Virus record (IMG/VR): IMGVR_UViG_3300021364_001752
Coordinates: 1-64,000 of that record
Origin: a virus
Direction: 5' to 3' (one strand)
Length of the DNA: 64,000 nucleotides
How positions within the stretch are numbered: position 1 is the first letter of the stretch; every line of letters starts with the position of its first letter. Shown piece by piece: positions 29,030-38,779 of this stretch. Below the pieces are notes generated by a model. The model was not told the origin of the DNA. It was given only the letters and a program-made list of their open reading frames with translations, and made no database searches. Position numbers and translations under genes: made by a program.

Positions 29030-29464
29030 ATGCGGATTTTAACTACACTAGGACTACTGTTAGTAATGGCAACAAGTGCCTTTGCTGAATCAAGGACAGT
29101 TGAAATGTGGAACAAGGACCCAGAAGACAAAAAGCGTAAGATGGTGTTCTCAGAAGAAATCGTCGTTATTGAACCAGGCGAATCAGTTACTTGGTTAGCA
29201 ACAGACAAAGGTCACAATGTGCAATTTATTGACGGTCCAGATGGCTACGAACTGCCAAAGAAATCAAAGATTTCAAAAGACGTTACAATTACATTTGATA
29301 CTCCAGGTGTTTATGTTTATGTTTGCACACCACACGCAACAATGGGCATGATTGGAATGATCATAGTAGGAGATTTAACTCAAGAAGGAGTTGATGCAAT
29401 ACGTGACGCAAAGTTACGTGGAAAAAGCAAAAAGAAGTTTAAACAACTTTTGAGCGAACTGTAA
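29030..29464 (+). CDS. Pseudoazurin (type 1 blue copper protein)
   Basis: Signal peptide; KGHNV..YVCTPHATMGM copper ligands H-C-H-M; AGGAGG SD. Confidence 0.92.
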   Translation: MRILTTLGLLLVMATSAFAESRTVEMWNKDPEDKKRKMVFSEEIVVIEPGESVTWLATDKGHNVQFIDGPDGYELPKKSKISKDVTITFDTPGVYVYVCTPHATMGMIGMIIVGDLTQEGVDAIRDAKLRGKSKKKFKQLLSEL

Positions 29465-29569
29465 ACACATTTTGCTTTAAAGTGTTGTTTTTAAGCAACA
29501 CTCACTGGTTTTATAATACTATCCACAGGGTAATATGCTCATAAAACTTACAAAGCAAAATTAGTGTGT

Positions 29570-29614
29570 TATAAATAAAGAGTAATTTGAAAGGGCACCT
29601 TTTGCGCCCTTTCA
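29570..29614 (+). promoter_or_regulatory. T4-late-type promoter with 5' hairpin
   Basis: TATAAATA 29570-29577; TGAAAGGGC..GCCCTTTCA. Confidence 0.7.
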
Positions 29615-29647
29615 TTTTGCCTCATAATAAAAAGAAGGAAAAATATT

Positions 29648-30499
29648 ATGCGCAAGGTATTTACCATTTTAGCGGCTACCATGGTAGCTGGTGTAGCTTC
29701 AGCACAAGAAGCACCAGCACCGACAGTCGTAATGCCAGTTGTAAGTGGCGAAGTTTCACTAGATTTTGCTGAAACTGCAGGCGGTTCAATTGGCGGCACT
29801 ATGGGTCTTGATTTAGGTATTGATGCAGGCGATATTGCTTACATCGATCTTGGTCTAAGTGCAACCGACGGAAATGCAGTTACACTAGATAACTGGGAAG
29901 TCGGAACCGAACTAGGCGGTGTAGGCGTTGCATTAGGTGACGACATTAACCTATTCTCAGAAGCAGAAGATGGTTCAACACTTTCTGCACCAGGCGGCGC
30001 CGAGTCAGTTAAAGTTACTGTAGGCGGTGCAGCAGTTGCAGTTGGTCTAACTGACTGGACAACCGACGTTACTGATTTTAGCAATGTTCAGGGTTCATAC
30101 ACCATCGGTGATGTATCAGAACTATCAGCTATAACAGTAGCAGGTGAAATGGATCTAGCAGACGATACACTATTGCTAGGTGCAAGTGCTGGTTATGGCT
30201 TCAATGACATTGGCCTTACTGGACATCTTACTTGGGAAGAAGCAGGTTATGTATCAGACACAGTAGCTGGAACTTCAAGTGACCTAATTGGTTACGAAGT
30301 TGTTGCTAGCCTTGGTTCACTAACTGCTTATGCCAACGGCAACAACCAGTCAATTGACGAGGCTGACGTTGAGTGGATCCAAAACATTGGTGCTTCATAT
30401 GAGTATGGACTAGGTGGTGCAACATTCACTGCCGGTGCAAACTACGATATGGTTGCACAAGAACTTGCTCCAACAGCAGGTATCAGCTTCAGCTTCTAA
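29648..30499 (+). CDS. Outer-membrane porin, Rhodobacter-like
   Basis: Signal peptide, amphipathic beta-strands, C-terminal AGISFSF beta-signal. Confidence 0.8.
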   Translation: MRKVFTILAATMVAGVASAQEAPAPTVVMPVVSGEVSLDFAETAGGSIGGTMGLDLGIDAGDIAYIDLGLSATDGNAVTLDNWEVGTELGGVGVALGDDINLFSEAEDGSTLSAPGGAESVKVTVGGAAVAVGLTDWTTDVTDFSNVQGSYTIGDVSELSAITVAGEMDLADDTLLLGASAGYGFNDIGLTGHLTWEEAGYVSDTVAGTSSDLIGYEVVASLGSLTAYANGNNQSIDEADVEWIQNIGASYEYGLGGATFTAGANYDMVAQELAPTAGISFSF

Positions 30500-30522
30500 G
30501 CAATAGAAGAAAAACAAGTATC

Positions 30523-30549
30523 AAGGGGCGTTTCGGCGCCCCTTTATTT
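30523..30549 (+). terminator. Intrinsic terminator
   Basis: AAGGGGCG-TTTCGG-CGCCCCTTTATTT. Confidence 0.85.
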
Positions 30550-30590
30550 GTGACTAAATAATACGGGCATATTACTTTAGGAGGGCAGAA

Positions 30591-31073
30591 ATGCAACAAA
30601 ACGAATATGATGTAGTGCTACTCAAATGTGTAGATGGAGATACAGTTGATGTAGATATTGACCTAGGCTTTGGCGTATGGTTAAAAGATGAACGTGTTAG
30701 AATAATGGGTATTGATACACCAGAATCACGCACAAGAGACAAAGTAGAAAAACTTTTTGGCACAGCAGCAAAAGAAAGACTCAAAGAATTATTAGCAGAA
30801 GGCGGCAAACTAATCACTACAGAAAACAAAGACGGTGAAGATATGAAAGGCAAGTTCGGACGTATCCTAGGCGACTTTTATGTAGAGCGTTACGAAGGAC
30901 AGCGTGAAAAAGTAACAGACATTATGATCGAAGAAGGACATTGTGTTGCTTACTTCGGCGGTAGCAAAGAAGAAATTGCAATGAAGCACATGGCCAATAG
31001 AGAGAAGTTATTACGTGAAGGTGTGGTAAGTAGAGAAGCATATGAAGAAGCTCAAAACCTAATGGAGGACTGA
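30591..31073 (+). CDS. Thermonuclease (SNase-like)
   Basis: VDGDT, RIMGIDTPE, GKFGRILG. Confidence 0.9.
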   Translation: MQQNEYDVVLLKCVDGDTVDVDIDLGFGVWLKDERVRIMGIDTPESRTRDKVEKLFGTAAKERLKELLAEGGKLITTENKDGEDMKGKFGRILGDFYVERYEGQREKVTDIMIEEGHCVAYFGGSKEEIAMKHMANREKLLREGVVSREAYEEAQNLMED

Positions 31074-31074
31074 A

Positions 31075-31329
31075 TTGTTCAATACCAGACCGTCAACTAT
31101 ACGAGAAATACAAAGTTGGATTCACGGAAGAAAAAGTGCTGCAAGAGCAGAGCTTAAAAACACAGAGCCAGGCACCGAAAAGTATGATTACCTACTAGGT
31201 CGCTTGGCTTACTACGATGAATGGTCACAAAAATATGGATCTTTAATAGGAAAAAAGATGCCACCTAAGCGTGATCGTAGTAATGAAAAAAACCTGCCAG
31301 AACATTTGAAAACCAAAAAAAGAACTTGA
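31075..31329 (+). CDS. Hypothetical basic protein
   Basis: GGAGG SD, TTG start. Confidence 0.55.
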   Translation: MFNTRPSTIREIQSWIHGRKSAARAELKNTEPGTEKYDYLLGRLAYYDEWSQKYGSLIGKKMPPKRDRSNEKNLPEHLKTKKRT

Positions 31330-31383
31330 CAAACACTGACTATCTGCTATAATGAAAGAACAGTAACAACGCAGGAGTCTAAT

Positions 31384-31746
31384 ATGAGTATGCATCTTGT
31401 AGGTCCACATATGACCACAACCAATTACAAGAAACGCAAACAGAAAGGTCTTACAAAAAGAGATCGTCAAGCTCAAGTTGAACACGAAGCATGGCTTAAG
31501 AAGATGGGTGTGCATCCAACACAGATCAAACCCAAGAGTCAGCCGTTGCAAACAAAAAACAATTACCAGCGTAATCCTGACATTCCTAGTTGCAGCGATA
31601 AGATTGATGGCTATGCACCTAAGAAAGAGTCACAACAGTATACAGGCACGTATATCACTGGTATTGCAACCATGCATAAATCTAACATGGTTCCTATTAG
31701 CAATAAGAAAGATGCTATTGAAGTTGCTAGAATGCGCAGAGGTTAA
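31384..31746 (+). CDS. Conserved T4-like phage hypothetical protein
   Basis: YTG..I.GIATMHKSN.VP..ARMRR; promoter TTGACA-16-TATAAT at 31326. Confidence 0.7.
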   Translation: MSMHLVGPHMTTTNYKKRKQKGLTKRDRQAQVEHEAWLKKMGVHPTQIKPKSQPLQTKNNYQRNPDIPSCSDKIDGYAPKKESQQYTGTYITGIATMHKSNMVPISNKKDAIEVARMRRG

Positions 31747-31800
31747 ACTGCGCATTTATAACCATATTACTTAACCGTAAATAATATATGAGGTATAATA

Positions 31801-32292
31801 ATGAAAACTCTAATCTTAGTGTTGGCAGGTGTTTTGATGGCTAGCCAAGTTGTAGCAGAAAGTTTGTTTGACAAAGATGCACATCCAGATGCCTTTTGTC
31901 TTGCACAAAATATATACTACGAAGCACGTGGTAGTAATCTAGCTGACCGAGCAGCAGTTGCAGATGTAGTTATTAACCGTGTAGAAGATACACGTTATCC
32001 TAATACAGTGTGCGAAGTAGTAAAACAAGGACGTAAAGATTCAAACGGAAATATGATTAGAAACCAATGCCAATTCAGTTGGTATTGTGATGGAAAAAGT
32101 GATAACCCTCAGGATGCCGATCTATGGGCGGATGCACAAATGTTGGCATGGAATGTGTTTTATTTCGATAAGTATAATGGACTGACCGAAGGTGCAACAC
32201 ACTATCATGCAACTTATGTTTCGCCGAGTTGGGCAAAAGAATTACAATTGGTAGGAAGAATCGGAGGACATATCTTCTACCGTTGGGAATAG
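31801..32292 (+). CDS. Cell wall hydrolase SleB/Hydrolase_2
   Basis: CLAQNIYYEARG, VINRV, CQFSW, GATHYHA, IGGHIFY. Confidence 0.93.
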   Translation: MKTLILVLAGVLMASQVVAESLFDKDAHPDAFCLAQNIYYEARGSNLADRAAVADVVINRVEDTRYPNTVCEVVKQGRKDSNGNMIRNQCQFSWYCDGKSDNPQDADLWADAQMLAWNVFYFDKYNGLTEGATHYHATYVSPSWAKELQLVGRIGGHIFYRWE

Positions 32293-32304
32293 GAATTTCA
32301 ATAA

Positions 32305-34230
32305 ATGTTTTTAGGTTTACTAGTTTTAATCACGGCCCTATCTATCTCTGCCGTTGCAATTTATTACAGTGTTAGCGGTCTGGTAGCAATCTTTGCTGCC
32401 GCCGCTATACCAATTCTAATCATGGGAGGAGTATTAGAAATAGGAAAACTTGTGACTGCTGTTTGGTTGCATAGGTATTGGCGTGAAGCCAAGTGGTGGC
32501 TTAAAACTTATCTCAGTATCAGTGTCCTTGTGCTCATGTTTATTACAAGTATGGGTATTTTTGGTTTCCTATCAAAAGCACACATTGAGCAAACGGCTGC
32601 CGCAGAGGAAGGTATTGCTCAATTACAGATTATTGACACAGAAATTGCAAGATCACAAGCAATCATTGAAAGAGCAGAAATAAAGATAGAAGAAGCTCTT
32701 GCCAGTGTAGGACAAGGCAACGATGCAATACAAGCTCAAATTGACAAAGAGCAAGAGCGAATTGATACAGCATACGATCGCATTCAGCCTGCTATTGATG
32801 AACAAAATGCCATTATAGCCAATGCAAGACAAGACGATGCAAAAAGAACCGAACCTTATGAGCAACAGCTGGCGTCTTTAGATGTTGAGCTACGCAGTCT
32901 AGCAGAGCAAGCCAATCAATATGAAGAACGTATAAGTGCCTTGGTTGTGGATAACAGTGCAAGTAATCCGCTATTAGATAATATTGCTCTTATACGTGAA
33001 AGTATAACTAGAGTAAACGCACAACTTGCCAGTAGAGAACGTGAGCAAATACGACAGGCACAAAGAACTATTGGTGCTAATCCTGATGGATGGGCAGGAC
33101 AAAATACAAGAAACGCAGCCGATGCATGGATCAATCAACAAAATCTAGTAATTGAAGATTTACAAGAACAAGTTAGTATTCTAAGAGAAGAAGCACAAAC
33201 TGAAGTTAACAATGAACGAACAAGGTTGAGCAATCTTGTTGCATCATTGCGAGGGCAAAAGACAGACGAAATTAAAAGTAGACAACTTGAAATTCTTGCT
33301 ACCATAGATCAAGTTAGGGGAACAGAATCTCCTATAATTGTTTCAGCAAGAAAAGAAATATCTAGGCTACGAGAAAGTGCAGATACACAAATTACACAAT
33401 CAAATGATCTTATACAAAGACTACGTGATAGTCTTACAGTAGGCGTTGATGAAGAAGTAGAAGCAGAAGTAGAACAGCAACAACAAAAAATTATAGAAGC
33501 AAACAATTCTATTGACACACTTACAGAACAAAAGTATACTCTTCAAGCAGAGTATAGAAAACTAGAAGCAGAAGTAGGACCAGTAAAATATCTTGCAGAG
33601 TTTGTTTACGGAGAAACCGCTAACCAAGATTTACTAGAAGAGGCAGTAAGATGGGTCATTATTATGATTATTTTTGTATTTGATCCCCTGGCAGTCCTTC
33701 TGTTGATAGCAAGCCAGACAACATTCGAAATGCGCCGAGCCAATAAGATGGCTAATAAGGAGTATCTTCGGCAAAAAGAGTGGAAAAACTATGAGCAAGC
33801 AAGGGCACAAGCTATAGTCAATAATCCTGGCTTCACAGTAGGAGATAAAGATGACAATGAAAGCATTGATAATAAGCATGATGAACATGCACAATCCAGA
33901 AGTGTCGACAGAGGATCTAGTGACACCAACGGAGCCACCCATGAAGACGGAGCCGGACCAGGAGAAGATATCCTCGCCTATGCCGAAATGTATCACGATA
34001 CTGGAACCAACGATAATGGAGGAAGCACTACCGTCGGACTTTCTGACTCCCAAAAACAAGAACGAATAAGTGAATTAGAAGAAAAAGAACAGGATCTAAA
34101 TTATACAGAGCTGAAAAGAAAATGGAAATTGAAATATCCAGATCAGACCGCAAAGTTTTGGAAAGAGCAATATATACTTGGTAAAATTAACAGTCTTCCT
34201 TGGGAAGATTTTGAAAACACATCTGATTAA
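32305..34230 (+). CDS. Membrane-anchored long coiled-coil protein with PG-binding-like insert
   Basis: Three N-terminal TMs, IFGFLSKAH, EVGPVKY, IFVFDPLAV; QRTIGANPDGWAGQNT. Confidence 0.65.
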   Translation: MFLGLLVLITALSISAVAIYYSVSGLVAIFAAAAIPILIMGGVLEIGKLVTAVWLHRYWREAKWWLKTYLSISVLVLMFITSMGIFGFLSKAHIEQTAAAEEGIAQLQIIDTEIARSQAIIERAEIKIEEALASVGQGNDAIQAQIDKEQERIDTAYDRIQPAIDEQNAIIANARQDDAKRTEPYEQQLASLDVELRSLAEQANQYEERISALVVDNSASNPLLDNIALIRESITRVNAQLASREREQIRQAQRTIGANPDGWAGQNTRNAADAWINQQNLVIEDLQEQVSILREEAQTEVNNERTRLSNLVASLRGQKTDEIKSRQLEILATIDQVRGTESPIIVSARKEISRLRESADTQITQSNDLIQRLRDSLTVGVDEEVEAEVEQQQQKIIEANNSIDTLTEQKYTLQAEYRKLEAEVGPVKYLAEFVYGETANQDLLEEAVRWVIIMIIFVFDPLAVLLLIASQTTFEMRRANKMANKEYLRQKEWKNYEQARAQAIVNNPGFTVGDKDDNESIDNKHDEHAQSRSVDRGSSDTNGATHEDGAGPGEDILAYAEMYHDTGTNDNGGSTTVGLSDSQKQERISELEEKEQDLNYTELKRKWKLKYPDQTAKFWKEQYILGKINSLPWEDFENTSD

Positions 34231-34235
34231 AACAT

Positions 34236-34628
34236 ATGGCTCACATAAACGTTATTACTCCTCCTGACATGTTGCACAATGCTGCATTGACATTTTGTTT
34301 GATACAACCTAGCGACAGTATCAAAGAACAGACGCAAAAACTTATAGAAAATTTTGATGATCCTGTGAACATTTATATCTACGACCCAGAAGCCGAGCAA
34401 GACAGAGATTGGGACTGGCTTATCAACACAGCTAGGTTAGCTGATTATACCATATTAGATATTGATAATTTAGATGTAATCACACGTAATTTTGCAAGCT
34501 ATTTCGTCAGCTTGCCAAATGTTTTTTACTTGACAAATGACGAAAACACCCCTTATAATAAATTAAGTTTGAACAGAGTTTACAACTTAGATTGGCTTTA
34601 CGATAAAATCTTAGAGAGGAAAACATGA
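34236..34628 (+). CDS. Hypothetical protein
   Basis: ORF in operon. Confidence 0.6.
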   Translation: MAHINVITPPDMLHNAALTFCLIQPSDSIKEQTQKLIENFDDPVNIYIYDPEAEQDRDWDWLINTARLADYTILDIDNLDVITRNFASYFVSLPNVFYLTNDENTPYNKLSLNRVYNLDWLYDKILERKT

Positions 34629-34873
34629 GCAGATACAATCGCAAACAAAAAAACTTTGAAGAAGGCATCAAAGGCCTTGCTGTAGAAGTTTACAACAACG
34701 ACATCAACAAAGCACTTCGCAAGTTCAAAAAGAAAGTGCAAGAGGATGGAATTTTACAAGAGCTTCGTAAGCGTGAATATTACGAAAGCAAAGGCACAAA
34801 GAAACGTAAAGCCAAAGAAGCTGCAATCCGTCGTCATCGCAAGCAGCGTCTCAAAGAAGCAGCTAACTGGTAA
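34625..34873 (+). CDS. rpsU: 30S ribosomal protein S21
   Basis: V.NNDINKALRKFKKK..GILQELRKREYYE..KRK. Confidence 0.88.
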   Translation: MSRYNRKQKNFEEGIKGLAVEVYNNDINKALRKFKKKVQEDGILQELRKREYYESKGTKKRKAKEAAIRRHRKQRLKEAANW

Positions 34874-34882
34874 GAGGTAATT

Positions 34883-36019
34883 ATGCGTCTCGAAGAAGAC
34901 CTTAAACTAGACTACAAGGACGTCCTAATTCGTCCCAAGCGTAGCACTCTCAAAAGTCGTTCTGAAGTTAGTCTCGAACGTAAAACAAACTTTCGTAACT
35001 ATGAACCAGACTTTGATATTGGAGACTACCATTACCGTGGTATTCCAATTATGGCAAGTAATATGGATGGTGTTGGCACATTTGAAATGGCTGACAAACT
35101 TGCCGAAGGCGATATATTCACCTGTCTAGTAAAGACCTATAGCGTAGAGGAACTAGTTGAATATTTCAATGGTCCTATTGAACGCACTGAATGTGTTGCA
35201 ATGAGTATTGGCACAGGTGATAGTGATTATAATAAACTTATCCAAGTTAAGAAAGAATGTGATAACAAATTAAAATATGTTTGTATGGACATTGCAAATG
35301 GATACAGTGAACATTTTGCTGACCATGTAAGAAAGGTCCGCGAAGATTTTCCTGATCTTGTGATTATTGCTGGTAATGTTGTCACTAGAGAAATGACGGA
35401 GGAATTGATTCTTGCTGGAGCCGACATTGTTAAAGTGGGCATTGGCCCTGGTAGTGTTTGCACTACTCGTATTCAAACTGGTGTGGGTTATCCACAACTT
35501 TCGGCTGTTATTGAGTGTGCTGATGCTGCTCATGGTCTCGGCGGTCACATTATTGCTGATGGCGGGTGTTCGACGCCTGGAGATGTCGCAAAAGCCTTTG
35601 CCGCAGGAGCCGACTTCGTCATGCTTGGAGGAATGCTTGCAGGACACGATGAAGGCGGAGGAGAATCCATTTTCAAATATGAAGGAACTGGTGAGTTCTA
35701 TTTTATGAAAGAGGACGAAATTTACAAGCCGGTTATCAACAGAAAAGAATATCGTAAGTTTTACGGTATGAGTAGCGAAACAGCTAATGAAAAACATTTT
35801 GGCGGACTTAAAGACTATCGTTCGTCGGAAGGTCGCACAGTGCTTGTGCCATACAGAGGACCTGTAGCTAAAACAGTGCAGGAAATCATGGGTGGTGTGC
35901 GTAGCACCTGCACCTATACGGGTGCAAAGAAAATCAAGCAGTTGCCCAAGTGTGCAACTTTTATACGTTGTTCACAAACACATAATTCAGTGTATGAAGG
36001 AAGCACAATTGGTAAATAA
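34883..36019 (+). CDS. guaC: GMP reductase
   Basis: [44 protein letters not shown]. Confidence 0.95.
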   Translation: MRLEEDLKLDYKDVLIRPKRSTLKSRSEVSLERKTNFRNYEPDFDIGDYHYRGIPIMASNMDGVGTFEMADKLAEGDIFTCLVKTYSVEELVEYFNGPIERTECVAMSIGTGDSDYNKLIQVKKECDNKLKYVCMDIANGYSEHFADHVRKVREDFPDLVIIAGNVVTREMTEELILAGADIVKVGIGPGSVCTTRIQTGVGYPQLSAVIECADAAHGLGGHIIADGGCSTPGDVAKAFAAGADFVMLGGMLAGHDEGGGESIFKYEGTGEFYFMKEDEIYKPVINRKEYRKFYGMSSETANEKHFGGLKDYRSSEGRTVLVPYRGPVAKTVQEIMGGVRSTCTYTGAKKIKQLPKCATFIRCSQTHNSVYEGSTIGK

Positions 36020-36020
36020 A

Positions 36021-36073
36021 CATGAGCGCCGAAAGGGCTCAACATATCTTGCTTAAAAAGGAGAAATGACATG
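36021..36073 (+). promoter_or_regulatory. ROSE-like RNA thermometer
   Basis: 5' GAAA-loop hairpin, then UCUUGCU pairing with AGGAGA SD with a bulged G, upstream of small HSP. Confidence 0.7.
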
Positions 36074-36517
36074 ACAAGATTAACAACTCTAGACTTACCT
36101 ACATTCGCTCGTGCCACAATTGGCTTTGATAGAATGTTTGAGCAACTCGATAGAGAGTTTTCAAATTCAAAAAGCTCAGGATATCCTCCATACAATGTTG
36201 TCCAAGAAAACGACGATGAGTATACTATCTCATTGGCTATTGCTGGATTTTCTATGAACGACCTTGACATCACTTTGGAGAAAAATGTCCTAACAATCGA
36301 AGGCACATCGCCCGAAGTTCCAGAAGGTAAAAATTACCTACATAAAGGCATTGGCAACAGAAACTTCCGTAGACAGTTTACACTAGCTGAACACATTGAA
36401 GTTGAAGATGCTGAACTAGAAAACGGTATGCTACATATCAATTTGGTGCGTAATGTGCCAGAAGCACAGAAGCCAAAGAAGATTAATATCCGTGAAGTTG
36501 GAATGATCGAAGGCTAA
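36071..36517 (+). CDS. Small heat-shock protein Hsp20 (IbpA-like)
   Basis: IGFDRMF, YPPYN, YLHKGI..R.F.R.FTLA, LENGML. Confidence 0.95.
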   Translation: MTRLTTLDLPTFARATIGFDRMFEQLDREFSNSKSSGYPPYNVVQENDDEYTISLAIAGFSMNDLDITLEKNVLTIEGTSPEVPEGKNYLHKGIGNRNFRRQFTLAEHIEVEDAELENGMLHINLVRNVPEAQKPKKINIREVGMIEG

Positions 36518-36566
36518 AAAGTCTAGGGGGAGTGAAATACCTCCCCCAATTATAGGAGATGAATGA

Positions 36567-36872
36567 ATGAGTGTTGATACAGAAGTTGTATTAGACGAAA
36601 AAATTAAAATCAAACAGAAACAGCCAAAAAAATATAAAGTTGTTTTCCTAAACGATGATACTACGCCTATGGAGTTTGTTGTAGGTGTGTTAATGGAAAT
36701 ATTCAAACACTCTGCCGCTACAGCAGAAAAAATTACAATGACTATACACAACGAAGGCAGTGGTGTCGTTGGTGTTTACAGTTACGAAATTGCAGAACAA
36801 AAAAGTATCGAAACTACACAAGCTGCAAGAAACAATGGTTTTCATTTACAGGTTAGATTAGAAGAAGAATGA
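36567..36872 (+). CDS. clpS: ATP-dependent Clp protease adaptor ClpS
   Basis: YKVVFLNDDTTPMEFV, IH.EG, EIAE.K. Confidence 0.93.
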   Translation: MSVDTEVVLDEKIKIKQKQPKKYKVVFLNDDTTPMEFVVGVLMEIFKHSAATAEKITMTIHNEGSGVVGVYSYEIAEQKSIETTQAARNNGFHLQVRLEEE

Positions 36873-37405
36873 GCAAACTCAAAGAACTTACTTGGGCAAA
36901 TCATCAAAAAGCAGAACGCACAGAACATGCCCGTAAACTGCTAAAAGGAATGACTCCTGAAGAGTATCACAGATACATTTATAATCAATATGTGCAATAC
37001 GCAGTTTTAGAAAGTAGAGCAAAAGATGTTTCTGCTCTTGCTGGTATAGAAACTATATGTAGAGCAAAAAATATATTAGAAGACTTGGAAGAATTAGAAT
37101 CAGAATTTGATATTCAACGCAATGTCGACTTGCTTTGTCCGGTGGTTGCTCAATATACAGGACATGTAATGAGTCTAACTGAAATTGATGACTTGCTTGC
37201 ACACATTTACGTAAGACATTTTGGTGATATGTATGGCGGACAAATGATCAACAAACGCAACCCCGGCTCGGGTAAAATGTATGAGTTTGAAGATGTAGAA
37301 GGTTTGAAACTTACGGTAAGAGCAAGGCTAAAAGACTCAATGGCAGACGAAGCCAATCGCTGCTTCGAGTTTGCAATGCAATTATTCGAAGAACTTGATG
37401 GTTAA
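36869..37405 (+). CDS. hemO: Heme oxygenase
   Basis: LKELTWANHQKAE proximal His, AHIYVRHFGDMYGGQMI, EANRCF. Confidence 0.9.
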   Translation: MSKLKELTWANHQKAERTEHARKLLKGMTPEEYHRYIYNQYVQYAVLESRAKDVSALAGIETICRAKNILEDLEELESEFDIQRNVDLLCPVVAQYTGHVMSLTEIDDLLAHIYVRHFGDMYGGQMINKRNPGSGKMYEFEDVEGLKLTVRARLKDSMADEANRCFEFAMQLFEELDG

Positions 37406-38096
37406 AACTGTATATTCAATAGGGTGCAGTCATACTAATGGCTGCATGATTGACGGTATAAACGGAACAAGTAAAGTTAATAAACAAAATAGCTTTGCAG
37501 GACAAATTGCAAAAAGGCTTAAAGCAACACATTATAATCTGTCTTTAAACGGCGCAAGTAACCAGTATATATTTCGCATAGCTAACCAAGTTGTAGCGCA
37601 GGTCACTGACTCTGATGACACATTGTTTATAATAGGGTGGACTAGTCCTACTAGATTAGAGTTAAGAGAAGATAATAAAATTTTTCCAGGCCATCCTGAG
37701 GGATATGACAATAACTATATTCCTTTTAGTGTTGGGGCTAATAAAGACAACTTTTCTAAAGAGTATAAAAGGCTATTAAATGATGCACCTGCATTGTGTA
37801 ATATAACAATGTTAATTGATCACTGGACTTGCTACATCATTGCACTTCAAAATTTATTTGCACAGCATAAAATAAGATATATAATGTGTAATACAATGCA
37901 GCCCATTGAGCAAACAAGCAATAATAGTGACATGATTAAAATGATAGATACATCAAATTATTATAAACCTTTTGATGTTGATGAAAGTTTTTATAATTGG
38001 GCAAACCTTAATTATGAAAGAACACCATGTCATCACTTCCCCTTAAAAGCACATAAAGATTTTGCTGTAAAAATTATGAAAGAGATGAAATTATGA
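37398..38096 (+). CDS. SGNH/GDSL-like hydrolase-fold protein
   Basis: GCSHT, NLSLNGASN, IIGWT, C-terminal HHFP..H. Confidence 0.6.
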   Translation: MVKTVYSIGCSHTNGCMIDGINGTSKVNKQNSFAGQIAKRLKATHYNLSLNGASNQYIFRIANQVVAQVTDSDDTLFIIGWTSPTRLELREDNKIFPGHPEGYDNNYIPFSVGANKDNFSKEYKRLLNDAPALCNITMLIDHWTCYIIALQNLFAQHKIRYIMCNTMQPIEQTSNNSDMIKMIDTSNYYKPFDVDESFYNWANLNYERTPCHHFPLKAHKDFAVKIMKEMKL

Positions 38097-38779
38097 GTGA
38101 AGTTTGGAATACACTGATTAAAATTCAAGATAGACTAATTGAACGTTTTGATGATACTGGCAAAGAAATAGAAGAACCAGGAATGAATAGATTCAATCAA
38201 CCAGGCTGGATTAATAGAGTTTGGAGCAGTGAAGCCTATCGTCGAGCTCACGTAGATGTTGTCGATGCAAGAGACACTAAAGGTCTATGGATGATGCATT
38301 GTTGTGTGTTTCCACACTTGCACAACGATGGTCCTATCTTTGGATTAGATGTTATTGCAGGTAAAAATAAAATTACAGGTTACTTTCATGATTACTCACC
38401 GACTAGCAATCCTGCAAATGAAATGATTGAGGCGTTTGGAGATGAAGTTGCAAAACTAGAATGGCGCAAACCTCGCGAGCTACCAGATTGGGCCAAAGCA
38501 ATATTTACAGAACATATGGTAGCAGCAGGAAATGTTAACAGCGAAGAAGAATTACAGCAGTTGCTTGATCTTAGTTTTGAAAGCATAGATAACTATCTAG
38601 AATACATTAGTGCATACAATAACGTAGCCAACGAGCAAGCAGGTAAAGATGCACAAAATCGCTATGCTCATTATCAAAAACAAAATCCGCATACGCCACG
38701 CACAATGACCAGTTTAGGACTTGATGAAGAAGATGTGCAAGTATTTGTGCAGGAGTGTCTTTTTCCCGACATTGAATAA
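38093..38779 (+). CDS. pcyX: Ferredoxin-dependent bilin reductase, PcyX type
   Basis: YRRAHVD, WMMHCCVFP, PIFGLDVIAG, HDYSP, ELPDWA, QKQNPHT; D55/H69/D86 pattern. Confidence 0.85.
   Translation: MSEVWNTLIKIQDRLIERFDDTGKEIEEPGMNRFNQPGWINRVWSSEAYRRAHVDVVDARDTKGLWMMHCCVFPHLHNDGPIFGLDVIAGKNKITGYFHDYSPTSNPANEMIEAFGDEVAKLEWRKPRELPDWAKAIFTEHMVAAGNVNSEEELQQLLDLSFESIDNYLEYISAYNNVANEQAGKDAQNRYAHYQKQNPHTPRTMTSLGLDEEDVQVFVQECLFPDIE

Noticed and set aside
29519-29527. DnaA box-like CTATCCACA / replication origin
   Set aside because: Single mismatched copy with no cluster or iterons
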